From NCBI GenBank assembly GCA_017499595.2, contig CM039003.1, positions 1,426,001 through 1,490,000 on the forward strand: a stretch of 64,000 nt of DNA, written 5' to 3'. Under the pieces are notes generated by a model, which was not told the origin of the DNA, ran no database searches, and saw only the letters and a list, made by a program, of their open reading frames with translations. Shown piece by piece: positions 1 through 12,405 of this stretch. The translations under genes and the position numbers were made by a program. Origin of the DNA: Psilocybe cubensis. Lineage: Eukaryota. How positions within the stretch are numbered: the stretch's first letter is position 1; each line of letters opens with the position of its first letter.

Positions 1-2471
1 CTGTGTTGAATTTCCGTGGAGGAAAAGCACATCGCGCCCATCAATTGTACCGGCAAAGAATATTTGAGCTGTAGAGAAGGCAAGTTTGGAAGATGCTCCA
101 AAGGCGTAGTCCGTTACAATGACTTTTGATTCCCGGCCTCCAAGGGTTATAGATGGGACGACAATAGGAACCTGCAGGGGTTCTCCTGAGACTGTGACAT
201 TGAGCTTAAATGTAGTGGTCGCGCTAGATCAGATAGTCCACTATTAGTAATTTGACCATTTCAAAGCAGTAGTATTAGCTACTGACGTCGACGTAGAATC
301 AGTTTGCCTGGCGATGTAAAAGCCAGCACCAGTGTCAGGGTTTTGTAGGAATGTCACGAAGGCAGCACTATTAGTAGAAGCTTGAAGTCCAGTAGAAGAA
401 TCTGCCACCCAGTCGGTCTTATAGAATTCACGTGAACTTCGAAGGAAGAGAGCTTGACGTTTGAGTTCATCAGCCTTGGACGTCAGTTCTCGGGATTCAG
501 TAAACTGCGATTTTAAACATTATTTCGAGAGAAAAAAACAGAACAAAGATCTCACTGTGGCGCCGTAATCATATGAGGTATAAACGCCATGGAAAGGGAG
601 GGCACCCCAAGACGTTCCCCTAATATCGTGTCAATATGACAAACAAAAATTGTTAATAGAAAGACCGACCCATAAAGCATGTAATAACTGATCAACTTTG
701 CATTACTGGCCCAAAGCTGCCGATTAAAAACAGATTGGAAATCTGGCCCAGTCAAAACACGACAACCCGCGTAGCCTACAAAGAAATGCGTTTAATATTG
801 AAGAAAAGCAATAACTTGTATGTGATCATACCTGGTGCGGTTGGACCCCATGCGTCAAAGGACCCGCCCTGGAACTCTGGGGAAATAGTAATATGAGACA
901 CATAGTTTATAAATGTGTATATCGACTTGCCTGGAATGTACCATGCCTGAGATGGATTGACCTGGGCATGGTATTGATGGTAATTTGTGGTGACCCCATT
1001 CCATCTCGTGGGGTTCGAGCAGTCAAATCCTTGTGGGTATGAATCAAGCCTTCCAGCAATCTTTAAGACTCAAGCATAGCCAATGAATAAAAGGGAAGTA
1101 CCCATATAAGTCAACAGCACCCTAACAGGAGTCAAAGTTAGTCCAATCAGACAAATAAGAATCTACAACGCCAACTCACGGTGCCATTTATGAAGTTCCT
1201 TCCTTGTCCGGGGTCATTATACGTCAAAGGAACTACAATATTGGAACTTCGATAAACATCCTCAAGTTCAGCGAAATATTCCGCATGTGAGCTGGGGCTT
1301 TGGGAATATTCATTATCTACATTAGTGTAAGCTTCCGCCAGTCAGAAAGCTGTGGTAACAGGACGAACCAACTTGAATAGCTATGGTACTTCATTAGTGT
1401 GTTACGTTCATAAACTAAGTAAACAACGTACCAATTACTGGTCCGCCATTATTGATTTGGTTTGGAGCGGTGACTTCGATAATTCCCTTTATATAGTCTT
1501 GCCATGCAGCTTGCCAATCTGTTGCATTGGTGCGAAGTTGACCAGCAATTTCAGAGGTGGCCCAGTGGGCTATTCCCCCTGCCGTAGTTTCAGCGTTGAT
1601 GTACTGAAGATAATAAGCCTATGCCATAAAGGTCTACACATTCCACTTACGGGACCTACCAATCATCTCAGTATTTGGTATGCCGGGCATGATTTATTGA
1701 ACCTACCAGGGCGAAGGACAATCCAGATGCCTGCTGCTTTTGCAGCATCATAAAGAGGTTGCAATGCTCGGAAGCCTCCGAAGTCGACTACACCAGGAGC
1801 TGGATTGATCAATCCCATGTGAGTATAAACACTAAGCGCATTCATTCCAGCTGCTTTAGCCTTTTCAAGAATGTCTGGCCATAGTGACGGTACGGGGAGC
1901 CTAAAAGTATGGAACTCCCCTGAACTGAAATTGTTTATTGAAAACGAACAAGGTATAGAGTAAAAAAAGTGTCGTACTGTAAAAAGACGCGCTGGCCTTT
2001 GAGAATAAGACTGAAGTTGTCGAATTGGACATCAGGTGTACGAGCAAAGCTATTTAATTGCTCTGTTGAGGATTTGGTGGGTATAGTATCAGCTACAGTT
2101 GACAATCTCGCTGATATGAATGATGTTGAGCGGGCAACAAACTGTGGGATGTTCCCAAGATTGAACGAATTGATGGGGTATATGTGAGACGTTGCAAGGA
2201 CAAGGGCAACAGACACCAAGCAGGTCAAAGCAAAGAACTTCCCTCGTCTTCGCTTTGCCTGGCCTTGTACGACCGGTGGTTCAAAGCCTGTCATTACAGA
2301 TGCCCAGTAGTCAGAAGTCGAGGATTGTGTAACTCGATGAAGTCCTTTTGTCTGGAATAATGAATTAAGATCATTTTCAGTCCAACTCTTCTTCGTTTTT
2401 GTATCAGGACAGAACCTGGGACCCAGTGACGTCCTTGGGGTGGTTGAACCCGTCTCATGACTTGCTGGCAT
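1..2471 (-). CDS. Glycoside hydrolase family 35 beta-galactosidase, multi-exon; 3' part runs off the left edge of the window
   Basis: Spliced minus-strand peptides VQFDNFSLILKGQRVF, SGEFHTFRLPVPSLWPDILEKAKAAGMNALSVY, GIWIVLRPG, INAETTAGG, QVDNEY (acid/base Glu) and PEFQGGSFDAWG (nucleophile Glu) match fungal GH35. The first in-frame ATG is at 2471. Confidence 0.93.
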
Positions 2472-4084
2472 TGTAAAGAAGTCGAACACAAAGATAAAAT
2501 GAGGACAAAATAAAGGTCATGGAGCAAGAAGCTCAGTAGAACCGGGCAGATTTCGGTACAACACGGTCCGTCGGTGGTAACAACGAAGAACAACCTGTAC
2601 TGTAGAGAACGTCACCGTCAGTGGCAGCGAACTAATTATTTGATCAACATGCCCTAAAACGGAGTTTGAATTATTCAAACACTATTCCATCTCAGATCTG
2701 AGATACCCTTGACCAGAAAACATCGCTTTTGTCACGGTCCCTGAATGCTTTATTTACCAATTGAACTAGTAGTGACTGGGCCGGTCTTCGAAGTGCCGTA
2801 CGATTCTTGTAGATGTATCCCAACCATTCGTAAGTACGAGCACACTTCGACACGTATATAACTCTTCTTTAGAAGCCGGTATAATGATTGGTTTTGTAAA
2901 ATTCAGGTCTAGACGACAGAAGCTGTTGAAGCTGATGAAATAGAGTTGACGAACTAAGTGTCCAACTATGCATAGTGCTTTTCATGATCACCAATATACC
3001 GGTGTTCTTTTGCCTTCTATCAGCACAACAAATGCGACATTTCACCCATCTCCTTACTCTTTCCATTGAACAATCCAGGACAGCGCTGAGGTTCGGCAAT
3101 TATCCTTCAAAATGATACCGGATCGTAAGTCTGACAGGACATCTTCATTTGCCAATTGTTTGCCATCGACCAGCTGTATTTTTACCGTGATATACATATG
3201 GCTTGTTTGAAAGTTTCTCACCGAGGACGCAAAGAATCACATTGAGAGACGCTTCGTGCGCTCAATCCACATTTGGCTAGCCAACGCAGCATGTTCCAAC
3301 TTTGGATGGACAGCGGATCTCAATTCTTATCGGAAAATTGCGCAATGTGTTCCAAGAAAATTTTGGGGGATACCACCGTATCCTCCACAAGCGGTGAAAT
3401 TTCTCCTAGGCCGTAGAAAATTTGAATTCAATTGCTGATATTTAGTAATTATAAGTCTAACTCTTTTGCAGAGCGGTGAGTTGGTGGTTGGTTGGTGGTG
3501 AGGCAAATGCTTCACTGTTGAAATGATGTCGCGTGGGAATAAAATATACATATAGCTTTGCTACTCAATTTCTCTGCGTTTTTCTCTTAGACAGAAACAC
3601 CGACTCGGATAGCATAAAAACGATATATGAGCGGTGGCTCGTATGATCGCAGTCTCGCTCAAAATGATGCAATCCCAACAAAGGACCGGCCAGGAACAAC
3701 ATTTACTACAAGTCTACAATCGCCTGGCCCAGGCGAAAGGAGAACACGGTAACATGATCCATTGGGCTCGGAGCGGAGCAGAAATACACATGGTCGATGG
3801 ACTTCAACGTCGCTTGACCCACTAGAGCCCCGCGCCAACAGCCAACAAGCGGGCGGTCCGTTTCAAGAAGCCAGAGATAAACATGGCGACAAGCTACTAA
3901 TGACTACTGTCACTGTGGCAGGTATAACACCAAGACTGCAGATGTGACGGAGGTTCAGAGCTCGACAACGAGAGACCCTAGACGCTTGACCTATAATCGA
4001 AGAACTACAAACACCGATATCGTTCGATCTCCATGTAACAGTAGCCTCAAGCCAAATGGTAGCCAGAGGACCAACGAGATTATA

Positions 4085-6223
4085 TTACACTGTCCGATAG
4101 AATACTACCGCTGGAAAGCCTTCGTTGGATTGTCGTGGCCTAGCATTTGGCCCATGATCTTGAAAATAACATAAAAAATCGAATTTAATATGCATGTCCC
4201 ATTCCTTCGTGGTGTTTACTTGGAGGGAATGCTTGGACTTGTTGTAAAATGAATGGAGGATCGACCTAGCACGCAGTTAACATTGAGAGTTTGATATGCT
4301 GAATACTGAAAAGGGTACCTTATCCCATTGCTCGAGATCGTTAGGGCCCATGCTCGGCATACGCGTTCCTAGAGCAAATAGATTCGTATGGTTTGACGTT
4401 TCGCCTTGCTTATCCGTCCCGCGTCCTCGGACAGTCCGTCGAGTATTCAGTCTGCGAAGGTGTACAATCAAACTCAAAGAACCTAACGTCGACATGATGC
4501 TACTCACGTGGCCATAAAAGATATGGCATACACTAGAAGATCGGTTTAATAACTGGAGCTGTAGAACAACACGTTACACTTACATTTGCTCAGGATAAAA
4601 TACGTAGCCACGAAATACAAATTTCCTACAGACATAACATTATACTTCGCGAGCCAGTTGTAAGCCTTTGAAACATAGGTATTGCTCAAAAAGACTTTAC
4701 CAAAATTAATGTTGCGACGCTGACAGTGCTACATGAAAATCGCATAAGAGATAGAAGACTGTCAAAAGACGTTTCACGAACCTGGTTAAGACGCCGGTGT
4801 TAATGGCGTAACTGCACAGATTGTCCACCAAGCTGTCTGATCTGATAAAAATTGACCGTAAGATTTTAACGACGTTAAATATCAGAAGTTACATACGATT
4901 TCAGGCCGGTTCTTAATCGGTTCAAGTATAAGCATAGCGCTCCAGCTGTCACAATGTCTGTTACGACTCCCACTCCTAGAGATACCGTACCAAGTGTCTG
5001 TAAAAATTGAGAAATCAATATCACAGCGCACATAACTACATTCTGAAGATATGAGAACGAAGAACAGACCTGGAGATCATGAACAGCGAAAACGCTCGGT
5101 AATTTGAATCTGTGTTTAATTGAAAATGGAATTATAAGTGATTGATCCCGAACGAAATCATAAGGTTGTCGGTCATGTGAAACACTTACGCTTCAATGGA
5201 AAAAGCTGAAACGTTACAACGACAGAAGCGAAAAGAGACAAGAAATACGTTAGCCAGAACACCTGGAAATAACTGGTGTTAGGGCAGAAAGTGCGTACCC
5301 AATGCAAGGCCTGAAAAAACGAAGACATTCAGTGATAAGTTCCAGCCCAGTCAAGTAATGCTGACCTAGTTGGCCAAAAGTCAAAAGCATCTTAACACAC
5401 ATATGTATAAGCCATTAAATCAAACGAAATATCATCAAAGACTCACGATTAACCCTGTAATCCAGATATTTCTATCGCTGACTGTTCCCCGCGTTAGCCA
5501 TCTAGAATCATTTTGCATTGAATGCGTTCTTACATCGCCATACTCGAATGCCGAAGTAACTACGCAAGAGACCGATGAACATGTATATTCCGAGATCAAG
5601 GTTGTAGTACACTCACGTTTTTACGATGGTGCCAACCATAGCCTTCGCGAGATGTCAGAGCACGAATGTAAAGAGTTAACTAACATGAAACTCACGCCTA
5701 CGGTCAACTGAAGCTGTTTAGCCGCATCTAAATGAGCTATTGACCACAATTCTTCATATTCGACTCACGATGAAGGACCTGAAAAAGGGGCCCTCAGGTA
5801 TACCCTTCGGATAGAAGATGCTAAACTCACCATGTTGTTGTCCCTTGCGCTAGGACAGTAGGGTTGGCGTAATTGGTGATGCCGTAGAAATACACAAGGT
5901 GACCAATGAAAAACTGATCCACGGTTTCCAACAAACTATTTGTTTATATCACGGATGTCAGGCCATAATATCACGAAGTAATCGATGGTAGGTGTTCAGT
6001 CCTCACAGAATTAATACAACCTAAATAGAAAGCTTGTCAGAACATAAGATAACAGATAGAGCAATCTATAGGAGCGCACAAGGCATTTAAATATCGTTTT
6101 ATCACCAGGATAACTCCGAAAGTATGTGAAAACTTGGGCAGCAAGGATGCCGTAGACTCCACACGCGAGCGCAAACCCTACCAAAACGGCACCCAAGGTG
6201 CTGTGAATTGTCAGGGCGGCCAT
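4085..6223 (-). CDS. DUF6534-type multi-pass membrane protein, copy 1 (many small exons; 3' end uncertain, stop at ~4085 or ~4185)
   Basis: N-terminus MAALTIHSTLGAVLVGFALACGVYGILAAQVFTYFRSYPGDK and C-terminal LNTRRTVRGRG follow the 'TLGA..IG......G....Q...Y...FP.D ... LN.R' pattern of the agaricomycete DUF6534 family (recognised from memory). Confidence 0.8.
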
Positions 6224-6942
6224 CTCAGCTGAAGAGTGGTTTGGGAACAAAAGAGTGACGGTGGTTGAGGTTACGAAGACGGGGCCAATTAGATGACCCG
6301 AGTCCAAAGATTATAGACATCTGGTCGACGCGCGGGATCATTAGTGGTACGCTGATTCTACAACAGGCAATTCTTTGGGGTCAGGCGGGTCAGGGGCTTG
6401 CTGACTGCTATATCTGATGCTTAAAAGTAAGATGCCGTGCCCAGACCACACAAGTCAAAGAAACACAGTTACTGTTGGAATGCAAAAGAAAACGTCCACA
6501 TGGAAAACGACAAATTTCGAATGATCTCAAATTGTAAAATCACCACAACAACCAACTCACACTCGTGAACGCCGAATGACCGACACGCTGCAAATCAGCA
6601 CTTCGAAATCTTAAATCTAATACTAGTAAAAGCTATCTAAATGTAATTGATTTTACAATTTTGAACCACGGCAATGAATGAAAGACAGAACTACGACTAG
6701 GAATGTCACAGAGCAAACAACTTTAAAAAAACGACTACAGACCAAAGGCAAATTTGACTACCAATGGATGTGCTAGAAAACAAGGACGACTGTATAAAGC
6801 AAATACGAACTTGATAAGTGATACAATAAAAACCGGAAGATGAAAGTGTGAGGTAAAAAATCCAGGGAGTCGAGTACAATAGAAAAGACAATAGGTGTAC
6901 ATGCGGAAAATACAACTTGCGAATGAGGTTTGGGTTTATATA

Positions 6943-8955
6943 CTACTTCTGAAAGCCTAAATGGAACTACAGAATCGTTAGAGACAGGAAAACGAAGGAG
7001 GTCAAATGAATATTTACAGAGTTATCCTGGCGGGCATTTTCTATATCCATTCTCACTGACACTTCCTGATGTATATCAATTTCCATACTCTGTTGAAACG
7101 TATGTTGAGAAACCATGCAGCTAAACTGCAAACTTCTCACCTTCGTTTGAGACGAGCTGTACTCCAACGGACGCGGTATGCGGCCACCGTTTGTGACCAT
7201 GAAAAACGTGTTCTGCATGTTGCTGGTATTGCTGGTATTTCCTTCCTGGTCGGTTCCCTTTCCTCTCAGTACCTTTCGAGTATTCAAGGCAGCCATAAAA
7301 CAAATCGCGTATACTGAGAACGAAATTAATTGATAAATGTTAGGCAGAATATAGGAAGATCAATAGCATACAATTTCCAAGGGTAAAATATGAGGCCATA
7401 AACCAAAAGGTGTCAGGTGAGATGTTGTACTGGACCGAAAGTCAGCTCTGCTAATGATAATTCGGTATTTCTGGAACTATACCAAAACGAGGGTCACCAA
7501 ACTGATGGCACTGATCCAAGAAAACTTTAGTACATGGTAATCACCGAAGAAAAGCAAACATACCCCGTTAGTGCTCCTGTATTGACAGCGTAAAGACTGA
7601 GCGTGTTTACAAGTGTATCGGCCCTAAATAAAACTGCTTTAGTAAATTGCATGATAAGCAAAGACGGCTTACAACTTACTTGCGTATCCCCGTTCGCATT
7701 TTCTGGAGGCAAAAACACAAAGCAGCTGCTATCACAAAGTCTGTTAGGAGACCAGCACCAAGTGCCAAACTCGCGACTGTCTAATAAACAGAAGTAATCG
7801 CTCAGTGTCAGTTTGTAAGATTCGATTTAAAAAACTGACTCTAAGAGTATGTACATCGAGCAAGGTTCGCAGTTGGAAGCTATTCCGAAAGGAACGTTAG
7901 ACGAATAGACAACTTTTTTGCGTATTGTACTCACGCCCGTATGCAGTAAACTGAAAACAAATGAATCATGGTTCAGTATGTCGGCAAAATCGTAATGCAC
8001 AATTTCTTACGAATGGCAAGTCCTGTCAACAAGTCAAAAACCTAAAAATGAGCGAAAAAAATAGCAATAAAGGACTCACCGAATTGGGCGAGAATCATGA
8101 GGATCTATACATTGGTCAATCAATGATTGAATAAAATGACGGTGCCGGAAAAGACTCACAATCCCACCAGTGATATAGTGATTGTGTTTACTGACTGAAA
8201 GGCCGTGAGATGTTTATTAAGGAATAAATCATCAAAATACCCACATCTCCACACACGCATGGCGAAGCAACTTTATGGCATCGGTAAGAATATATAAAAC
8301 TATCGCGCGAAAAAGAACTTGCCATTTGACAATAGTCCCAACGAGACACTAATGATTGATCAGTAACTGGACCAAAAGGAAAAGCAACACTACACTTACC
8401 CCCATGACGATTTGAAGCTAAGCCGCAGACCAGAATTTTAGATAATGGGCTCCTTCAGAGCTGAGATGTGCTTACAATGAGAGACCTGGGCGTTTTATTA
8501 GCAAATGAATGGCGTCAGCTAATAAAATCCACTCACCAAATTATGCGACCTGTAGTCAGCACTGCAGGATTCGTGTAGTTTCTGGGTATCATGAGTCAAT
8601 TTACAATTCCGGGTCAAATGAAAAGGACGACATACGAGACCATGTAGTAGTACAAGGAATACGCAATGAAGATCTGATCCACCATTTCCAGCGACCTAAG
8701 CCATATTAGCAAAAGAGAGTCGGAAATTGACAAGGGCGATGTACCATAGTGCGCCAACCTGATAACTGTGAGCTTCGAACAGTATACTCAGAAAAGAAAA
8801 GTAAGCTTTACCAGAGCCTTGTATGCGATCCTGTCCATTGGAAACCGTCGATAAAAGACGAAGGCTTGAGTTGTGAGGATACCAAAGACAACACAAGATA
8901 CAGCGAAACCAATGAAGGCGGCACCGAGAGTGTTGTCGACAGATCCTGCGGCCAT
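6943..8955 (-). CDS. DUF6534-type multi-pass membrane protein, copy 2
   Basis: N-terminus MAAGSVDNTLGAAFIGFAVSCVVFGILTTQAFVFYRRFPMDRIAYKALV, then LYAVNTGALT and MAALNTRKVLRGKG. The exon structure parallels copy 1. Terminal exon FHLGFQK* ends at 6943. Confidence 0.82.
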
Positions 8956-10924
8956 TCGAGTATGTTCAGAAGGCGAGTTGCTTTTGGACCTGTGGGATTT
9001 CCCTGGTGAAAACTCTGGAAGCTCGGTTAAGTATGTCCACTGGCAGGACGCTCGTGGATCTGAGAAAAAGTGGAGGCAAGGGTTAGCCTCTGTTCCCTTA
9101 CATATAATTAGATCTAATTAGATTCGATGATCAGATTCGAGCGGATGCATATGCTGAAATTGAAATTTTCACGGCGTTTTAGGGCATACCCCAATGCGCA
9201 AGAGAAATTCTTCACATGATGGGCGCCTTTGACAACGGTGTCGGCATGAGATTAAACCCATGTGCGACTATGAAAACCCATAATTGATAATGTAAGCATC
9301 TATAAATGGTCCACCAAAATTTTGCTTTTTCTTAATTGAGTAAGAGCTTATGGTTGGGCTGTGCAACCAAAACATGGAATGTCCCTGGAATCCTGGAAAG
9401 CCCGAGCGGCACCGACATAGTATCCGTCTTCCAGGCTTCCAAGCCCAACGGATGGCATGGTGAAAGTTGGAAAAACTGGGTGGCGTATTTTGACCTCAAC
9501 ACTAGCCAAGCACGTCCTAGTTCAGCCGTTAAATATCAGTCTAAAACGGTCTTTCCCCTCCGACAGTCCGACCATTGACAGTACTCGACCTCGTCGACTA
9601 AAGAAAACTGGGTCACAGTCCACTCACGCCTACTACCTGTTGGTTTTTTGGTTATACCTGTCATCTCGTCAAATGCGACCTGAATCAATAGGAATTGATG
9701 ATAATCACTGGGGAACGCTCTTAATCCTTCAAGTCAAGGTCAAGTTTTTTGATTTTAGTTGGACGAATCCCGCTCTCAGACCATTGCTTTCATAGATCTT
9801 TAACAATTCGTTCGTAACCTGAAAATACCCTTGTGGCGCCTACTTCAACATGACCGTAGGCCTAAGAGATCGTTATGGGCAAGGTGCGGACCCCATTGAC
9901 TGAAGTCCATTTTTATTGTGCAAAAAATGAAGTAAAAGTAAGAGCAGTTCAGTAAGTTCACATACTTGCCAGTGACTATCAATCTAAAAAAGAATGAAGT
10001 TATTCGGTTCTCCAGATCTTTACCCCGCATAAATGTTATCGGAACAAAGTAAAAGAGCCCCCAAAACTGTGACGGATCAGAATTATCATCACCGTCGATT
10101 GGGTGGGGAGTGAGACTGGAGTGAGCTATAGAATTTGATTCTTCCCTCATACAAATTGGATTTTGCCTTGGTGAAAGTCGACAAGAGTTGATGCTAGTTG
10201 TGTGTAAGAGAAGTGTGTTTGTCAAGCTTTCTTCAAAGTTCGTGCTTCAATCAGTAATTCAATAGGCGCTTCAAAGTCAGACCACGATGCTGACTCATCC
10301 TTTCAACAGGGCCTTTAGGCCTGTTGCGAGTTGCAGCATCTTGCTGTGCCAGGTGCACTCTTTCCTTCCTGAATGACCCCGATAATGAACTTCGCATTAT
10401 AAAAATTCTTTAATATCTTTCCGACACGCTTCTAATTTGGTTTCACCACAATGATATGGTTTTCAGCGCACGTCGACAATTCTCATTGATCCAGTGAAAG
10501 AACTTCGAGTATTTCCTGCTTGTCTACGTTCCAGGAAACCAGCGTACCCTATATTATCATCGATCATGCACACTAGTAAGCTTCTAGAGCGATTTCCGTC
10601 CGGTCTGTTACCAAAACTTGCAGTGTTTGTCACCGTCCTACAGAGATAAGGTCTCTCTTTGGATCCGAAATCGAACTTCTGTATTCTAATCATTTTTGGA
10701 GTAGATTATGCGAAGTAGGATCATTGGTTTTAAAGATTAAATCTGTAATTTCAAGCTCATTCTCCAAAGGCACCATCGTTACTGACCTCCTAACCCATCA
10801 ATCTACAGGTATATGCACATTTTCTTTATATCGGGCGCAATGAGCAACGCATGTTCAACTTCGGTGGATTGCAGGTAGTTTCAAGTTTGAAATACATAAC
10901 GTGCGAGATATATCAACACGTCAG

Positions 10925-12011
10925 TATGGCTGTCCGTTTGCACATTTAATACCAATATATAAACTTCTTGTCCCATACATATAAGTCATAATTGAATATA
11001 ATTCCAAATGCATACTTTGGTGTCCCGGGTATAGACAGATGGTTTCCGAACATATCAATCCAGTACCCATATATTCATAGGTTGCACCCTCAGATACAAT
11101 TTTGAGTACCATACATAAAGTTTTGATGCCCACGTATACAAATTACAATCCCTTACATAGAAAAAAACACTCCTTTTTGTACATATTTTGTTCCCTTACT
11201 TGTATCTGAAGGTTCCCATATGATTGTTCTTACCTTTCTTCATCCCGAAGATATATAGTCATTTTTTGGCATTCTGTCTATGCCGTGAATGCCTAGACAT
11301 CGTGAGAATCGGCAAATCTCGGCAAATGAGGACACAAATTACACTTCATTGCCTGTATGCCTGTCGACATACGCTGATTGAACATTGAAATTATTCACAT
11401 TTATCCAAGCAATCAATATCTTTCTGTGTAGGCTGATTGCATAAATAGCTTGTCTTCATAGTCTAATACGAGTGCTTTGACCACTCCCAGTCGCCGTTCT
11501 AAGGCTTAAAAAGGCCTAAAGTTGAGGTTGAAGACAGAAAATTGCATTGGAATAGCCTATATGTAGTCTTATGTTATTTTAATGTATGAATTTATCCTCC
11601 TAATGAATTGTATAATCTTGTAACTACCGTCCTACTGTCTTCACAAGTAGCAATCCACTGCAAGCGGGACGAAAGTCGAGTTCCCACGCCTCTACGGCAA
11701 GGACGGCACGCGTAATTTTCATCTGGACAACTCTATATCTTCGGACAAAAATTGAGGTAGATGCGGAGAGGGTCACAGAATATGGTACTAAATTTTTTAT
11801 GTACGGGTAACATACCCTTATGTGTGCAGCTCCCATTCAAACTGAAGGGCATGCAAAGTCAATGACTGGGATAATTTCTTCTATGCTCGGAAATTATTTC
11901 TCTATAACCGGGACACCAAGGTATGTAGTTGGGTTCAAGCAAAATTGCGATTTATATGTATGGGGATAGAAGTTTATACTTTGGCATTAAATGTGCAAAC
12001 GGACAGCCATA
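10925..12011. mobile_element. Non-autonomous DNA transposon (MITE-like), 1087 bp, with long terminal inverted repeats
   Basis: 10925-11054 is the ungapped reverse complement of 11882-12011. The first 26 bp (TATGGCTGTCCGTTTGCACATTTAAT) are identical and there are 26 mismatches in 130 bp by manual count. The element is flanked by the direct repeat CGTCAG (10919-10924 and 12012-12017). No transposase ORF inside. Confidence 0.9.
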
Positions 12012-12318
12012 CGTCAGAAGATAGTACATATTCCCCGATGAAAATATGTTGTTAGGATCCGGAGAAACGTTTGTGGTCGTCTTCTACCATTGACGGTAAA
12101 CGCCGAAATAACACAATATCCGCGCCCTTGTCTTTATAGGTCCAACGAGCTATGATCACCTTCCCTCGTGTCACCATCGTTCTGTTCTCCGGAATGTGGT
12201 CAAATGACATAGTCCCTCCTTTGGGATATAGCTTCAATGGCTCACAGACTGCTCAATTTCGGTGGAATCACAGTTGCAAGTCTAGTTACTGAATCTTCAG
12301 GCATGACTCCATGAGAAC

Positions 12319-12326
12319 GTATAAAT
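12319..12326 (+). promoter_or_regulatory. Putative TATA box of pectin methylesterase 1
   Basis: GTATAAAT about 85 bp upstream of the ATG at 12406. Confidence 0.45.
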
Positions 12327-12405
12327 GATCTTCTTCAAGGATGATTCTCAGCAAAGTTCGCCCATCAGAAGAGTCCTCTGCGTTTCACTCCACTTCAATT
12401 GTATC

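Noticed and set aside
9845-10225. 126-aa minus-strand ORF in the long intergenic region
   Set aside because: No recognisable motif or convincing exon chain; cannot be supported without expression data.
11003-11220. Periodic repeat as a possible CRISPR-like array
   Set aside because: Eukaryotic context, a 21-bp period with a degenerate core, no repeat-spacer structure and no cas genes; explained as subterminal transposon repeats.
11624-11836. ORF inside the transposon as a possible transposase remnant
   Set aside because: Short, overlaps the subterminal repeats, and shows no DDE or zinc-finger motif.
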